Shown one piece after another: positions 48,590 through 60,009 of a DNA stretch of 64,000 nucleotides. The notes below the pieces were generated by a model. That model was not told the origin of the DNA, did no database searches, and worked only from the letters and a program-made list of their open reading frames with translations. Made by a program: the position numbers and the translations under genes. Source of the stretch: Rickettsiales bacterium (lineage in GTDB: Bacteria; Pseudomonadota; Alphaproteobacteria; Rickettsiales; UBA3002); NCBI GenBank assembly GCA_044239745.1, contig JBIIAV010000002.1, forward strand, positions 12,583 to 76,582, read 5' to 3'. Numbering within the stretch: the stretch's first letter is position 1; every line of letters starts with the position of its first letter.

Positions 48590-49339
48590 TCAAGCAGTGA
48601 TGATTGCGTTGGCACGCGCCAGATCTTCGGCCGTATCGACGCCGAGTGGTACCGTATCGACCACGGCCACGTCAATGCGTAATCCGGCCTCAAGGGCGCG
48701 CAGTTGCTCCAGCTTCTCGCGCAGTTCCAGCGGGCTGGGTGGCAGCGCCACGAACCGTTCCAACGCCGCGCGGCGATAGGCATAGACACCGATATGGTGG
48801 TAGCGTTCGCCCTCACCGTAGGGGGCGCAGGCACGCGTAAAATACAGCGCACGCGCAATGTTGCCTCTCTCGGCAGCGTCATGAAAACTCAACACCGCCT
48901 TCACGACCGAAGGATTCTCATGCTCCTCCTCGCGGCGGATGGGCGCAGCAAGCGTGGCGATATCGACCGCCGGATCGTGCAGCGGCCGCAGCAATTCCTT
49001 CAGCAAGCGCGGCTCCAAGGTCGGCACATCGCCTTGCAGATTGATGATTGTTTCGTAGTGTTTGGTTGGCGCGTCAGCGCTCAACGAAGCCAGCGCCTCC
49101 CAGATGCGGTCGGAGCCGCTGGGGTGGTCAGGGTCAGTGATGATAGCGACGCCGCCCACGGCACGAACGGCCTGTGCGATCTCCTCGCCGTCGCAGGCGA
49201 CGATCACATCCCCAACACCCGATTCCATCGCCCGCCGCCAGACCTGCACGATCATCGGCGCATCCCCAATCAGCGCCAGCGGCTTGTTGGGCAAGCGCGT
49301 GGCTTTCAGGCGCGCGGGGATGACAATCAGGACGGACAT
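48590..49339 (-). CDS. kdsB: 3-deoxy-manno-octulosonate cytidylyltransferase (CMP-Kdo synthetase)
   Basis: [22 protein letters not shown]..., NLQGD.P, VDT.EDL. Confidence 0.93.
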   Translation of the reverse strand: MSVLIVIPARLKATRLPNKPLALIGDAPMIVQVWRRAMESGVGDVIVACDGEEIAQAVRAVGGVAIITDPDHPSGSDRIWEALASLSADAPTKHYETIINLQGDVPTLEPRLLKELLRPLHDPAVDIATLAAPIRREEEHENPSVVKAVLSFHDAAERGNIARALYFTRACAPYGEGERYHHIGVYAYRRAALERFVALPPSPLELREKLEQLRALEAGLRIDVAVVDTVPLGVDTAEDLARANAIITA

Positions 49340-49456
49340 GGCGATCGCTCGCTTCAAAGTTGTTGCGACAAACTAGGACGTATGATACCGCGCAGTTATA
49401 GCGATTATGGCTCCATCGGCCACCAAAAACTAACCACCTCATCCCACGGGTCACCT

Positions 49457-50020
49457 ATGTCGAATCTCAATACGAATAAAATCGCCGCTGCCATTCTGGT
49501 CGCCGGTCTCATCGGTATGGTGACGGGCAAGGTGACGGAGTTCCTCTATTTCGGCGGGCCGACCCACCCGGGTGCGCACCACGAGGAAAAGCGCGGCTAC
49601 AGCATCGAGGTGACCGAAGCCCCCGCCGATGGCGGCGCCGCTGCTCCACAGGAAGCACCGGATATCACGGGGCTTTACGCCACGGCGGATGTGAAGGCCG
49701 GCGGTGAATATTTCGCCAAGAAATGCTCGGTCTGCCACAACATCGAAAAGGGCGGCGCCAACAAGGTCGGGCCGCATCTGTGGGGCGTCATCAACCGTCC
49801 GGTCGGTTCGGTCAGCGACTTTGGCTACTCCACGGCCATGAAAGCCTATGGCGGGAAATGGACATTCGAGGAAATGAACAAATTCCAATGGAACCCGAAA
49901 AAAACCATGCCCGGCACCATCATGGCCTACGGCGGCAACAAAAAGGATCAGGAGCGCGCCAACCTGATCGCCTACCTCAACAGCCAGTCGGATAGCCCAG
50001 CGCCGCTACCCAAGAAGTAG
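49457..50020 (+). CDS. cycM: membrane-anchored class I cytochrome c (CycM-like)
   Basis: N-terminal TM anchor, a linker, then a mitochondrial-type cytochrome c domain: CSVCH, GPHLWGV, KKTMPGTIMAY. The upstream part of track ORF 48704..50020 is antisense to kdsB. Confidence 0.88.
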   Translation: MSNLNTNKIAAAILVAGLIGMVTGKVTEFLYFGGPTHPGAHHEEKRGYSIEVTEAPADGGAAAPQEAPDITGLYATADVKAGGEYFAKKCSVCHNIEKGGANKVGPHLWGVINRPVGSVSDFGYSTAMKAYGGKWTFEEMNKFQWNPKKTMPGTIMAYGGNKKDQERANLIAYLNSQSDSPAPLPKK

Positions 50021-50080
50021 CTGCCGACCGGATTCATCTTTGCGCTAGACGTGCGGCCATCCTCCGCTTACGCTTTCGCC

Positions 50081-51928
50081 ATGAAACGTTCCGCCGTCGT
50101 CTGGATGCTCGTGGCGCTGTTGGCAAGCAGCGCCTATGCCGCGCACGGCATCGCGCTGTGGGGCGAACTGAAATACCCCGCAAACTTCCAGCATTTCGAT
50201 TACGTCAACCCCAACGCCCCCAAAGGCGGCGCCCTCAAGCTTTCCACCAACGCCGCCTTCGACAGCATGAACCCGTTCATCCTGAAGGGGGTGGCGGCGC
50301 CGGGGGTGGCGGGCTTCGTCTATCAAAGCCTGATGGTCGCCTCCTACGACGAGCCGCAATCCTATTACCCTCTCATCGCCCGCAGCATCACCCTCGCGCC
50401 CGATCGCACGAGCGCCGTATTTGCCCTCAACCCCAACGCCCGCTGGCAGGACGGCAAAGCCATCACCGCCGCGGACGTGGTCTGGAGCTTCGATATCCTT
50501 AAAGCGAAAGGCCACCCGTCGCTGCGCGCGCAATATAAACCCATCACCGCCGAAGCGGTCGACCGCAGCAGCGTGCGTTTCCGCTTCGCCGACCGCGCCC
50601 ACCGCGAACTACCCCTCATCGCCGCCAGCATGCCGGTGCTGCCCAAGCATGCGTTCTGCGAGGGGCAAGCGACCCCTGCCCCCACCTGCACCCCCTTCGA
50701 CAAGACCACCCTCACCCCGCCCATGGGCTCGGGGCCGTACCGCGTCAGCGCGGTCGATGCGGGACGCAGCATCACCTTCACCCGCGTTGCGGATTATTGG
50801 GGCGCGGCGCTGCCCAGCCAGCGCGGCTTGAATAATTTCGATACCATCCGCTACGATGTCTACCGCGACGACACCGTCGCGCTCGAGGGCATCAAATCCC
50901 ACCAGTTCGATTACTACGAGGAATTCATCGCCCGTAACTGGGCGACCGCCTACGACGTCCCCGCCGTGCGCTCGGGCGAGCTCATCAAAACCAAAATTCC
51001 GCACAAAATCCCGCGCGGCATGCAAGGCTTCATCTTCAATACCCGCGCGGCCAAATTCGCCGATGTCCGCGTGCGCGAGGCCATCGGGCTGACGCTGGAT
51101 TTCGAGTGGATGAACCGGACGCTTTTCTACGGCGCTTATGATCGCGGCCGCAGTTATTTCAACAACACCGAGTTCGAGGCCAACGGCCTGCCGGACGCGG
51201 CAGAGCGGGCGCTGCTTGCCCCCTATAAAAGCCAATTGCCCGCCCGCTTGTTCACCGAGGAATACCGCGTGCCGACGACCGACGGCACGGGCATCGCCCG
51301 CGCCAATCTCATCAAAGCACAGCAGCTCCTCAACGATGCGGGTTGGGTGATGCGTGACGGCGTGCGCGTCAACAAAACGACCGGCGAAGCCCTCACCATC
51401 GAATTCCTGATGACGCAGCGCACGTTCGAGCGCGTCATTGCCATCATGCGGCACAATCTTTCCAAGCTCGGCATCGCGTCGAGCTTCCGTTATGTCGATG
51501 CGTCGCAATACCAAAAACGGCTCGAGAAGAAACAGTTCGATATCGTTTCCGTCTGGTGGAATCAGGGGCTGTTCTACCCCTCGACCGAACAATATCTCTA
51601 TTGGCATTCCTCGCAGGCCGATATCGAAGGCAGCCAGAATCTCGGCGGCGTGAAAAATGCGGCGGTCGACGCGCTGGTGGAAAAAATACAGAACGCCCAA
51701 ACGCTCGATACGCTGCGCCCCGCGGCCCGCGCGCTCGACCGCGTACTAACGCAGGAACATTACATCATCCCGCATTGGAATCTGAATGCGTGGCGCGTCG
51801 CCTATTGGGATCAATTCGGCCGGCCGGACATCACCCCCGCCTACAATCTCGGCATCGACACATGGTGGCAGGCCACGCCTGAGCATGCGACGAAGGAGCA
51901 AGCCCCCCTTCAGAAAGGATCGCCATGA
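50081..51928 (+). CDS. yejA: ABC transporter substrate-binding protein, family 5 (YejA-like, peptide/microcin C type)
   Basis: Signal peptide [20 protein letters not shown]. About 615 aa. Followed by the yejB/E/F-like genes in the canonical order. Confidence 0.85.
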   Translation: MKRSAVVWMLVALLASSAYAAHGIALWGELKYPANFQHFDYVNPNAPKGGALKLSTNAAFDSMNPFILKGVAAPGVAGFVYQSLMVASYDEPQSYYPLIARSITLAPDRTSAVFALNPNARWQDGKAITAADVVWSFDILKAKGHPSLRAQYKPITAEAVDRSSVRFRFADRAHRELPLIAASMPVLPKHAFCEGQATPAPTCTPFDKTTLTPPMGSGPYRVSAVDAGRSITFTRVADYWGAALPSQRGLNNFDTIRYDVYRDDTVALEGIKSHQFDYYEEFIARNWATAYDVPAVRSGELIKTKIPHKIPRGMQGFIFNTRAAKFADVRVREAIGLTLDFEWMNRTLFYGAYDRGRSYFNNTEFEANGLPDAAERALLAPYKSQLPARLFTEEYRVPTTDGTGIARANLIKAQQLLNDAGWVMRDGVRVNKTTGEALTIEFLMTQRTFERVIAIMRHNLSKLGIASSFRYVDASQYQKRLEKKQFDIVSVWWNQGLFYPSTEQYLYWHSSQADIEGSQNLGGVKNAAVDALVEKIQNAQTLDTLRPAARALDRVLTQEHYIIPHWNLNAWRVAYWDQFGRPDITPAYNLGIDTWWQATPEHATKEQAPLQKGSP

Positions 51929-53028
51929 TCGGTTATATTTTGCGCCGACTGCTATTGATGATCCCGACCCTGCTTGGCATCCTGCTCATCAATTTCGTCA
52001 TCATCCAAGCTGCCCCCGGTGGGCCGGTCGAGCAGCTCATCGTCAAGCTCTCCACCCCTGCCGGTGCCGGCGGCGCGAGCGATCGCATCGGCGGTGGCGG
52101 CGATGTTTCGGCCAGTGCCGTCACCACCACCCAAGGCGGCGGTGCTGCGGCCTATCGCGGGGCGCAGGGCATCGACCCCGAGCTCATCGCCGATATCAAG
52201 AAACAATACGGCTTCGATAAACCAGCGCCGGAGCGTTTCTGGCTCATGCTCAAGCAATATGTCACGTTCGATTTCGGCAACAGCTTCTTCCGCGACACGC
52301 CCGTCATCGACTTGATCTTGGAAAAGCTCCCCGTCTCCATCTCGCTGGGGCTATGGACGACCCTCATCGTCTATCTCGTCTCCATTCCGCTGGGCATCCG
52401 CAAGGCCGTGCGCGACGGCTCGTCGTTCGATGTCTGGACATCGACGCTTTTCGCCATCGGTCAGGCCATACCGGGGTTCCTGTTCGCGGTGTTGCTGCTC
52501 ATCGTCTTTGCCGGTGGCAGCTATCTGCAATGGTTCCCGCTGCGCGGCATCGTCTCGGATGATTGGCAAACGCTCAGCCTATCGGGAAAGATACTCGACT
52601 ATCTGTGGCATATGGCGCTGCCCGTCACCGCCATGGTGGTGGGCGGCTTCGCCTCGCTCACCCTGCTCACCAAGAACTCCTTCATCGAGGAAATTTCCAA
52701 GCATTACGTGATGACAGCGCGCGCCAAAGGCCTGAGCGAGACCCGCGTACTCTATGGCCATGTCTTCCGCAACGCCATGCTCATTGTCATCGCGGGGTTG
52801 CCGGCGGCCATCCTTTCCATCCTGTTCACCAGCGCGCTGCTCATCGAGGTCATCTTCTCGCTCGATGGCTTGGGGTTGCTGGGGTTCGAGGCGGCGCTCG
52901 CGCGCGATTACCCCGTCATGTTCGCGACGTTATTCATCTTCACGCTCATCGGCCTTGTGCTCAAGCTCATCGGCGATATCACCTACATGTTGGTCGATCC
53001 GCGCATTGATTTCGAGGGGCGCTCATGA
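51925..53028 (+). CDS. yejB: ABC transporter permease (YejB-like)
   Basis: 367 aa. [19 protein letters not shown]... BPD-transporter EAA loop (ARAKGLSE). Overlapping stop/start with both neighbours. Confidence 0.88.
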   Translation: MIGYILRRLLLMIPTLLGILLINFVIIQAAPGGPVEQLIVKLSTPAGAGGASDRIGGGGDVSASAVTTTQGGGAAAYRGAQGIDPELIADIKKQYGFDKPAPERFWLMLKQYVTFDFGNSFFRDTPVIDLILEKLPVSISLGLWTTLIVYLVSIPLGIRKAVRDGSSFDVWTSTLFAIGQAIPGFLFAVLLLIVFAGGSYLQWFPLRGIVSDDWQTLSLSGKILDYLWHMALPVTAMVVGGFASLTLLTKNSFIEEISKHYVMTARAKGLSETRVLYGHVFRNAMLIVIAGLPAAILSILFTSALLIEVIFSLDGLGLLGFEAALARDYPVMFATLFIFTLIGLVLKLIGDITYMLVDPRIDFEGRS

Positions 53029-54059
53029 CCCTCTCGCCCATCACGAAGCGCCGAATACAAACCTTCAAGGCCAACCGCCGCGGCTATATCAGCGCCATCG
53101 TGCTGCTGGTGCTGTTCGCCTTCAGTGCCTGCGCCGAACTCATCGCCAACGATAAGCCTTTGCTAGTTTATTATAAGGGCGAACTGCTGTTTCCCATCGT
53201 CGAGAGCTACCGCGAGGACACCATTTTCGGCGGCGCGCTCGAGTCCGAAGCCGACTACAACGACCCATGGGTGATCCACGAAATCGCCTCCCATGGCTGG
53301 ATGCTGCGCGCGCCCATTCCCTTCAGCTACACCACCATCAATTTCGGAATTTTGCGCGCACCGGCACCGCCCTCCTCCACCAATTTCTTCGGCACGGACG
53401 ATCAAGCCCGCGATGTCTTCGCCCGCGTGCTTTACGGCTTCCGCCTCAGCATGTGTTTTGCCATGTTGCTCGTGTTCTTCTCGAGCGTGATCGGCATCGC
53501 CGTCGGTGCGCTCAGCGGCTATTTCGGCGGCGCGCTCGATCTTTTGCTGCAACGCTTCATCGAGATATGGGAAGGCATTCCGGTGCTGTTCCTGCTCATC
53601 ATTTTGTCCTCCATGGTGGTGCCCAATTTCTGGTGGGTGCTGGGGCTGATGCTGCTATTTCGCTGGATGGCACTGGTCGATGTGGTGCGCGCCGAATTTC
53701 TGCGCGCCCGCAATTTCGATTATGTCCGCGCCGCCCGCGCCATGGGGCTTTCGGAACTGACCATCCTCTGGCGCCACGTGCTGCCCAACGCCCTCGTCTC
53801 GGTCTTCACGTTCCTGCCATTTCTCATCACCGGCGCCATCGCCAGCCTCACCTCGCTCGACTTTTTGGGCTTCGGCCTGCCGCTTGGCTCACCATCGCTC
53901 GGCGAGCTACTGGCGCAAGGCAAGAACAACCCGCAGTCGCCGTGGCTGGGGCTTATCGGGTTCTTCACCCTCGCCTTCGTTCTGTCGCTGTGGCTGTTCA
54001 TCGGCGAGGCCGTGCGTGACGCCTTCAACCCACGCAAAATTTTTGCGGGGCGCGCATGA
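53025..54059 (+). CDS. yejE: ABC transporter permease (YejE-like)
   Basis: 344 aa. DppC/OppC-type permease with EAA loop (ARAMGLSE). Confidence 0.88.
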   Translation: MTLSPITKRRIQTFKANRRGYISAIVLLVLFAFSACAELIANDKPLLVYYKGELLFPIVESYREDTIFGGALESEADYNDPWVIHEIASHGWMLRAPIPFSYTTINFGILRAPAPPSSTNFFGTDDQARDVFARVLYGFRLSMCFAMLLVFFSSVIGIAVGALSGYFGGALDLLLQRFIEIWEGIPVLFLLIILSSMVVPNFWWVLGLMLLFRWMALVDVVRAEFLRARNFDYVRAARAMGLSELTILWRHVLPNALVSVFTFLPFLITGAIASLTSLDFLGFGLPLGSPSLGELLAQGKNNPQSPWLGLIGFFTLAFVLSLWLFIGEAVRDAFNPRKIFAGRA

Positions 54060-55645
54060 GCCTGCTTTCCATCGAACATCTGTCGATCGCTTTCGGCACC
54101 ACCCAAGTGGTGCGCAACGTGTCGCTGCATGTCGCCAAAGGCGAGGTGCTGGCGCTGGTCGGCGAGTCGGGTTCGGGCAAGTCGCTCACCGCCCAATCCA
54201 TCACCCGATTGCTGCCCGCCAACGCCCGTATCGAGGGCCGCATCGCGCTCAACGGCCGCGTGCTTTCGTCGCTTGGCGATAGCGCCATCACCCAGGTGCG
54301 CGGCCGCGAAGTCGGCATGATCTTCCAAGAGCCGATGACCGCCCTCAACCCACTGCATCCAATCGACAAGCAGATCATCGAATCGTTCTGCCTACATCAG
54401 CGCGTGGCGCGCCACAGTTCCACCGCCCAAGCAAAGCTCGGCGAGCTTTGTGTTGCCGTTGGACTGCAGCATTTGGATACGCGCGGCACCGTCTATCCGC
54501 ACCAGCTTTCCGGCGGCGAACGCCAACGCGTGATGATCGCGATGGCGATTGCCAATAACCCGTCGCTGCTGATCGCGGACGAGCCAACGACCGCGCTCGA
54601 CGTCACGCTGCAAGGGCAGATTCTGAAGCTGTTGGCGCGCCTGCAGCGCGAGCGCAATATGGGGCTGCTGTTCATCACCCATGACTTGCTGATGGTGCAG
54701 CAAATTGCCGATCGTGTTGCCGTCATGCATGCGGGCGAAATCGTCGAGACCGGCGCGGTGGCGGACGTGTTCGCCAACCCCCAGCACGCCTATACGCGCA
54801 TGCTGCTCAACGCCACGCCAAGCGGCGTTTCCACCCCCATTGCTGCAACGGCCAAGGCCATTATTTCCTGCGATCATCTGTCCGTACGCTTTGATATCAA
54901 AAGCCCGATATTGCGCCGCCGGCTACGCGTCGTGCAAGCGGTGAAGGACGCCACATTCGCTCTGCATGCCGGCGAAACATTGGGCGTCGTCGGTGAATCG
55001 GGTTCGGGTAAAAGTTCGCTTGGATTTGCCCTGCTGCGCCTGATCAAAAGCGACGGCCCCATCGTCTTTCTGGGCGAACGCATCGACACGCAAACCATCA
55101 AGCAATTACGCCGCGTGCGCCATGCCATGCAGATCGTTTTCCAAGACCCATTCAGCAGTCTCAATCCGCGCATGAGCGTCGGCGAGATCATCGCGGAAGG
55201 ATTGCGACTGCACCGCAAAAAATTCAACGAAGATACCGATGCCTTGGTGGACGATATATTGCAAAAAGTCGGCCTAACGCCGGAGATGAAATACCGCTAT
55301 CCGCATGAGTTCTCGGGCGGTCAGCGACAGCGCATCGCCATTGCCCGTGCCATGGTGCTCAAGCCGGCGCTGGTGGTGCTCGACGAACCAACTTCCGCGC
55401 TCGATATGTCGGTACAACAACACGTGCTGGAGCTACTCAAGGACCTACAACGCACGCATGATGTGGCGTATATTTTCATCACGCATGATCTGCGCGTGGT
55501 GCGCGCGATGGCACACCAAATGCTCGTCCTCAAGCGCGGTGAAGTGGTCGAATCGGGCGCGTGCGAAACGGTATTTGCTGCACCGCAGCATGATTATACG
55601 CGTACACTTCTTGCTGCAGCATTAAGTGCAGCAAAAATTACTTAA
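54056..55645 (+). CDS. yejF: ABC transporter ATP-binding protein with duplicated ATPase domains (YejF-like)
   Basis: 529 aa. Two Walker A motifs (GESGSGKS x2), two LSGG signatures (LSGGERQR, FSGGQRQR) and two Walker B motifs. Confidence 0.92.
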   Translation: MSLLSIEHLSIAFGTTQVVRNVSLHVAKGEVLALVGESGSGKSLTAQSITRLLPANARIEGRIALNGRVLSSLGDSAITQVRGREVGMIFQEPMTALNPLHPIDKQIIESFCLHQRVARHSSTAQAKLGELCVAVGLQHLDTRGTVYPHQLSGGERQRVMIAMAIANNPSLLIADEPTTALDVTLQGQILKLLARLQRERNMGLLFITHDLLMVQQIADRVAVMHAGEIVETGAVADVFANPQHAYTRMLLNATPSGVSTPIAATAKAIISCDHLSVRFDIKSPILRRRLRVVQAVKDATFALHAGETLGVVGESGSGKSSLGFALLRLIKSDGPIVFLGERIDTQTIKQLRRVRHAMQIVFQDPFSSLNPRMSVGEIIAEGLRLHRKKFNEDTDALVDDILQKVGLTPEMKYRYPHEFSGGQRQRIAIARAMVLKPALVVLDEPTSALDMSVQQHVLELLKDLQRTHDVAYIFITHDLRVVRAMAHQMLVLKRGEVVESGACETVFAAPQHDYTRTLLAAALSAAKIT

Positions 55646-56565
55646 ACGCCGCCACCCAAACGCCGCAAAATTTCGTCGAGCTGGGTCAGCGAATCGTAGC
55701 CGATGATCACCTCGCCGGACTGACCACTGCGCGTATCGATGCTGACGCGAAGGCCAAGCGAATCGGCGAGCATATTTTCAAGCTGGATGACATCTTCGCT
55801 CTTGGTTGCGCTGCTACGCGATTTGGTTGCGCCGGAACGCGGTGTGCTTTGCTTTTCCTCGCTCTTAGCGTTTGCGGCTTCTCCCTTGGCGCGCGCTTCC
55901 GCCTCACGCACGCTGAGGCCGATCTCGATAATTTGCTGCGCCAATTCTTCCGGATTTTTTGCCATCAGAATCGCGCGGGCATGCCCCATCGTCAGCTCAC
56001 CGGAATCGATGCGCTGCTTGATGCTTTCGGGCAGTTTTTGCAAGCGCAGCAAATTGGCGACGTGGCTGCGGCTTTTTCCGATCACCGGCGCCAAACGTTC
56101 CTGCGTGTAACCAAATTCGTCCATCAACCGTTGATAGCCGGCGGCCTCCTCCAGCGGATTGAGATCCGCGCGCTGAATATTTTCGATCAGCGCCAATTCC
56201 AGCGCCTGCGTATCATTCACTTCGCGGATGATGACCGGCACTTTCGCTAATTTTGCAAGGGTGGCAGCGCGCCAACGGCGCTCTCCCGCGATGATCTCAT
56301 AGGCGTTGGGCGCGACCAAGCGCACCACAATCGGCTGCATCACGCCGTGCTTTTCGATCGAGTCGGCAAGCTCGGCGAGCGCGGCGTCATCGAAATGGCG
56401 GCGCGGCTGATATTTGCCCGCCTTCAATTGCTGGATGGGCAGTTGCAACGTGCCGTTTTCGTTGATGCTCACTGCCACCGGCTCGGCCAAGCTGGCGGCC
56501 GTTTCCCCCATCAGCGATGAAAGCCCGCGACCGAGACCTTTAGTGTTTTTTGCTGCTATTGCCAT
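55642..56565 (-). CDS. parB: chromosome partitioning protein ParB
   Basis: 307 aa. GLGRGLSSL, the ParB box QPRR.FD...L.ELA.SI...G..QPI.VR, GERRWRA (CTP-binding arginine patch), and an HTH region. AAGGAG ribosome-binding site. Confidence 0.95.
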   Translation of the reverse strand: MAIAAKNTKGLGRGLSSLMGETAASLAEPVAVSINENGTLQLPIQQLKAGKYQPRRHFDDAALAELADSIEKHGVMQPIVVRLVAPNAYEIIAGERRWRAATLAKLAKVPVIIREVNDTQALELALIENIQRADLNPLEEAAGYQRLMDEFGYTQERLAPVIGKSRSHVANLLRLQKLPESIKQRIDSGELTMGHARAILMAKNPEELAQQIIEIGLSVREAEARAKGEAANAKSEEKQSTPRSGATKSRSSATKSEDVIQLENMLADSLGLRVSIDTRSGQSGEVIIGYDSLTQLDEILRRLGGGV

Positions 56566-56586
56566 GATGTTTCTCCTTGTTAAATG

Positions 56587-57375
56587 TTAGGCCGCCGCTT
56601 TGATGGCGAATTGTTTTTCACGTTGAATGAGCTCGCGGGCGAGTTGCAGATAGGCTTGGCTGCCGGGGCATTTGAGATCGTAGACCAGCGCCGGTTTGCC
56701 ATGGCTTGGCGCCTCGGACATCCGCACATTGCGGGGGATGACGGTCTTGTAGACATCCGTTCCCAAGAAGCCGCGCACGTCCTCTTCGATCTGCTCGGTG
56801 AGCTTGTTGCGACGATCGTACATCGTCAGCACTACGCCGTGGATGGTGAGTCCGGCATTCAAATTCGCCTGCACCAGCTTGATGGTCTTGAGCAAATGCG
56901 CCAACCCCTCGAGGGCATAGAATTCGCATTGCAACGGGATGAGTACGGCGTTGCTTGCCGTCAGCGCGTTGAGGGTCAACAGCCCAAGCGACGGCGGACA
57001 ATCGATGATGGCATAGTCCCATTGCGCGGACATCGAGGCCAGCGCTTGCCGTAATTGAAATTCCCTTTTATCCATGGTTACAAGCTCGATCTCGGCTCCG
57101 GTGAGGTCGATGGTCGCCGGCGCCACAGAAAGTCGTGGAATGGCCGTTTTAACGGCCGCTTGCTCCAAAGTGGCATTCCCGATGAGCACATCGTACGAAG
57201 TGCGCACCCGTTTGCTTTGATCGATGCCCAGACCCGTCGAGGCATTGCCCTGCGGGTCGAGGTCGATCACCAGCACTTGCTTGCCGATGGCAGCCAGTGC
57301 GGTGGCCATATTGACAGCGGTGGTCGTCTTGCCCACCCCCCCTTTTTGGTTCACGACCGAGATAATGCGTGTCAT
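56587..57375 (-). CDS. parA: chromosome partitioning ATPase ParA
   Basis: From ATG 57375: MTRIISVVNQKGGVGKTTTAVN, the deviant Walker A motif. The longer track ORF overlaps rsmG. Confidence 0.94.
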   Translation of the reverse strand: MTRIISVVNQKGGVGKTTTAVNMATALAAIGKQVLVIDLDPQGNASTGLGIDQSKRVRTSYDVLIGNATLEQAAVKTAIPRLSVAPATIDLTGAEIELVTMDKREFQLRQALASMSAQWDYAIIDCPPSLGLLTLNALTASNAVLIPLQCEFYALEGLAHLLKTIKLVQANLNAGLTIHGVVLTMYDRRNKLTEQIEEDVRGFLGTDVYKTVIPRNVRMSEAPSHGKPALVYDLKCPGSQAYLQLARELIQREKQFAIKAAA

Positions 57376-57382
57376 AAAAAAC

Positions 57383-58012
57383 CTATCTGTTTCCGTGCGG
57401 TTTAAGTGATAATTGCGATATCGAAATAATGCTGGATATCGCATGCGTTTTACTTGGTTTTGCGGTGCTTTGATAGTCCCATGATTCACTGGCTTTTTTC
57501 AATTCCTCGGCAGCGTTTTCGCCTTTGGGAAAGAGGGCGATGCCCCCTGCCCCCATCAGCCGATGCGCCATAGCGAACAGACCATCCAGCGCCGTCAACG
57601 CCCGCGCCGTCACCACATCGTATTGCCCGACGAGCTCGGCGATATCGATCGCCATGACCGTAACATTGGAAAGACCAAGACGATGCTTTGCTTCGGTAAG
57701 GAACGCTGCCTTACGCTGGTCCTGCTCGACCAAGGTAACGAACAGTTGCGGACATTGTATCGCAATCACCAACCCCGGTAAGCCAGCCCCACTTCCCAAA
57801 TCGACAAGGGTTTTGGCATTTTTGGGAATCAACGGAACCAATTGCAAGCTATCATCGATATGGCGCGACCAAATATCGGCTTGTGTTGCAGGGCCAATCA
57901 GATTGATCTTCGCGTTCCACTTTAAAAGCAGCGCGACATAATCGGCCATGGGTGAAAATGTTTCACGTGAAACATTTTGTGGCGATGATGTTTGTTGATC
58001 AACACGAAGCAT
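57383..58012 (-). CDS. rsmG: 16S rRNA (guanine527-N7)-methyltransferase
   Basis: 209 aa. VSRET...LLLKWNAKINL N-terminus. SAM motif DLGSGAGLPG. Confidence 0.93.
   Translation of the reverse strand: MLRVDQQTSSPQNVSRETFSPMADYVALLLKWNAKINLIGPATQADIWSRHIDDSLQLVPLIPKNAKTLVDLGSGAGLPGLVIAIQCPQLFVTLVEQDQRKAAFLTEAKHRLGLSNVTVMAIDIAELVGQYDVVTARALTALDGLFAMAHRLMGAGGIALFPKGENAAEELKKASESWDYQSTAKPSKTHAISSIISISQLSLKPHGNR
57959..57974. promoter_or_regulatory. parS: parS centromere site 1 (inside rsmG codons for VSRET)
   Basis: Perfect TGTTTCACGTGAAACA. The palindrome extends to 24 bp (57955-57978). Confidence 0.9.
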
Positions 58013-58061
58013 GGTGTCTACATAATCAATCTGACGCGTCTTGTCATCTCGAATCTAAAAA

Positions 58062-58077
58062 TGTTTCACGTGAAACA
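58062..58077. promoter_or_regulatory. parS: parS centromere site 2 (rsmG-mnmG intergenic)
   Basis: Perfect TGTTTCACGTGAAACA. The palindrome extends to 26 bp (58057-58082). Confidence 0.9.
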
Positions 58078-58089
58078 TTTTTGGATGGT

Positions 58090-59952
58090 TCAGGCCGCGG
58101 ATTGACGGCGACGCATATAGGTCATGATGGCGGTGATAGCCGCTGGCGTGACGCCCGGGATGCGGCTGGCTGCGCCCAACGTGGGTGGTCGAGTACGTTT
58201 CAATTTGTCACGGATTTCGTTGGAAAGTGATCCGACCACATCGTAATCGACCGACTCTGGGATGACCAATTGTTCGTCCATTTTAAAGGATTCGATATCG
58301 GCCTGCTGACGTGCAAGATAGGATTTATAGACCGATTCGATCTCTATCTGTTCGCGAATATCCGGTCGGAAGGATTTCAATATTGGCCATATCTCTGATA
58401 GGCGATCGAAGCTGATGGTCGGATATGCCAACAGATCAAGAATGGAACGTTTGACACCGTCCTGATTAATTTGGAGTCCGACGTCGACTGCTTTATTGGG
58501 TGAAATTGTTTCACGTGAAACAATTTGCATCGCGTCTTCGAGGAGAGAATGTTTCACGTGAAACATTTTTTGACGTTCCGGACGGACACAGCCGATGGAA
58601 ATACCAATCGGAGTGAGGCGAAGGTCGGCATTGTCGGGGCGTAAGCTCAACCGATACTCCGAACGCGACGTGAACATACGATACGGCTCTTGGGTACCGA
58701 GGGTCGTGAGGTCGTCGATCATCACGCCGATATAGGCTTGCGAACGATCGACGATAAAGGGGTCGGAGCCAGAAGCGGCGAGGGCGGCATTAAGCCCCGC
58801 GACAAGCCCTTGGCCACCAGCTTCTTCGTATCCGGTGGTGCCATTGATCTGGCCGGCAAGGTATAAGCCTTTGACTTTTTTGGTTTCTAAGGTTTGTTTC
58901 AGTTCGCGTGGGTCGACATAATCATATTCGATGGCGTAGCCAACGCGGATGATATGGGCGTTCTCCAACCCCGGGATGCTGGCGATCATGGCGCGTTGAA
59001 CTTCCTCGGGGAGGGATGTCGAGATGCCGTTGGGGTAAACGGTGGTATCGTCCAAACCCTCCGGCTCGAGGAAAATCTGATGGCGCTCGCGGTCAGCAAA
59101 ACGGGTGATCTTATCCTCGATCGAAGGGCAATAGCGTGGGCCCGAGGACTTGATCTGTCCCGAATACATGGGCGAACGATGGACGTTGTTACGAATAATT
59201 TCGTGAGTTTTTTCAGTCGTATGTGTGATATAGCAGGTAATTTGCGGCACCGTTACGTGATCCGTCATATAAGAGAAGGGGGCGGGTGGATTATCGCCCA
59301 TTTGCGGGGTGAGGATGCTCCAGTTTATCGTTGTTCCATCCAACCGGGCAGGGGTGCCGGTCTTCAATCGACCGACGGTCAGCCCCAGGGCGCGAATGGA
59401 ATTGGCAAGGGCGATCGAGGGTTTTTCACCGACACGGCCGGCGGGCGTTTGCGTTTCACCACAATGGATGAGGCCATTCAAGAATGTTCCGGTCGTAAGT
59501 ACCACGCGGCCGGTTTGATAGGTGGTTCCGGACGCCCCGACAACGGCCACAACCGCGCCGTTTTCCATGACAATATCATCGGCCGCATCCTCGATGATGG
59601 TGAGGTTCGCATACTCGCTAAGCAAGGCCTGTACTGCGTTACGATAGAGTTTGCGATCGGCCTGCGCGCGCGGCCCACGCACCGCCGGCCCCTTACTGGC
59701 ATTGAGCATTTTGTAATGGATGCCGGCGCGATCAATAGCGCGTCCCATGACACCGTCGAGGGCATCGATCTCGCGTACCAAGGTGCCCTTGGCGATGCCG
59801 CCGATGGCGGGGTTGCACGACATTTCGCCCACCGTGTCGCGCTTATGGGTCAGCAAACAGGTGGTGGCGCCAAGGCGCGCGGCGGCCGCGGCAGCCTCGG
59901 TGCCGGCATGCCCGCCGCCAATGACGATGACATCAAATAATTTGTTATTCAT
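58090..59952 (-). CDS. mnmG: tRNA uridine-5-carboxymethylaminomethyl synthesis enzyme MnmG (GidA)
   Basis: 620 aa. [19 protein letters not shown] motif, [30 protein letters not shown]. Confidence 0.96.
   Translation of the reverse strand: MNNKLFDVIVIGGGHAGTEAAAAAARLGATTCLLTHKRDTVGEMSCNPAIGGIAKGTLVREIDALDGVMGRAIDRAGIHYKMLNASKGPAVRGPRAQADRKLYRNAVQALLSEYANLTIIEDAADDIVMENGAVVAVVGASGTTYQTGRVVLTTGTFLNGLIHCGETQTPAGRVGEKPSIALANSIRALGLTVGRLKTGTPARLDGTTINWSILTPQMGDNPPAPFSYMTDHVTVPQITCYITHTTEKTHEIIRNNVHRSPMYSGQIKSSGPRYCPSIEDKITRFADRERHQIFLEPEGLDDTTVYPNGISTSLPEEVQRAMIASIPGLENAHIIRVGYAIEYDYVDPRELKQTLETKKVKGLYLAGQINGTTGYEEAGGQGLVAGLNAALAASGSDPFIVDRSQAYIGVMIDDLTTLGTQEPYRMFTSRSEYRLSLRPDNADLRLTPIGISIGCVRPERQKMFHVKHSLLEDAMQIVSRETISPNKAVDVGLQINQDGVKRSILDLLAYPTISFDRLSEIWPILKSFRPDIREQIEIESVYKSYLARQQADIESFKMDEQLVIPESVDYDVVGSLSNEIRDKLKRTRPPTLGAASRIPGVTPAAITAIMTYMRRRQSAA
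58507..58522. promoter_or_regulatory. parS: parS centromere site 3 (inside mnmG, read as VSRET)
   Basis: Perfect TGTTTCACGTGAAACA within the 24-bp palindrome AAATTGTTTCACGTGAAACAATTT. Confidence 0.9.
58550..58565. promoter_or_regulatory. parS: parS centromere site 4 (inside mnmG, read as MFHVKH)
   Basis: Perfect TGTTTCACGTGAAACA, 43 bp from site 3. It is translated in a different frame from site 3. Confidence 0.9.
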
Positions 59953-60009
59953 AAGCTTGCAGCAGTGTGTTCATGTTATTGTTGATTGTGTGATCGGCCG
60001 TTCAAGCCC

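Noticed and set aside
48704-49456. Upstream part of the 438-aa plus-strand ORF containing cycM
   Set aside because: It is antisense to kdsB. The cytochrome c begins at ATG 49457 with its TM anchor.
56609-56628. Degenerate parS-like TTGTTTTTCACGTTGAATGA inside the parA 3' end
   Set aside because: It has about five mismatches to the 16-mer consensus and loses the palindrome.
58894-59940. 348-aa plus-strand ORF
   Set aside because: It is antisense to mnmG, which carries the FAD and GidA signature motifs.
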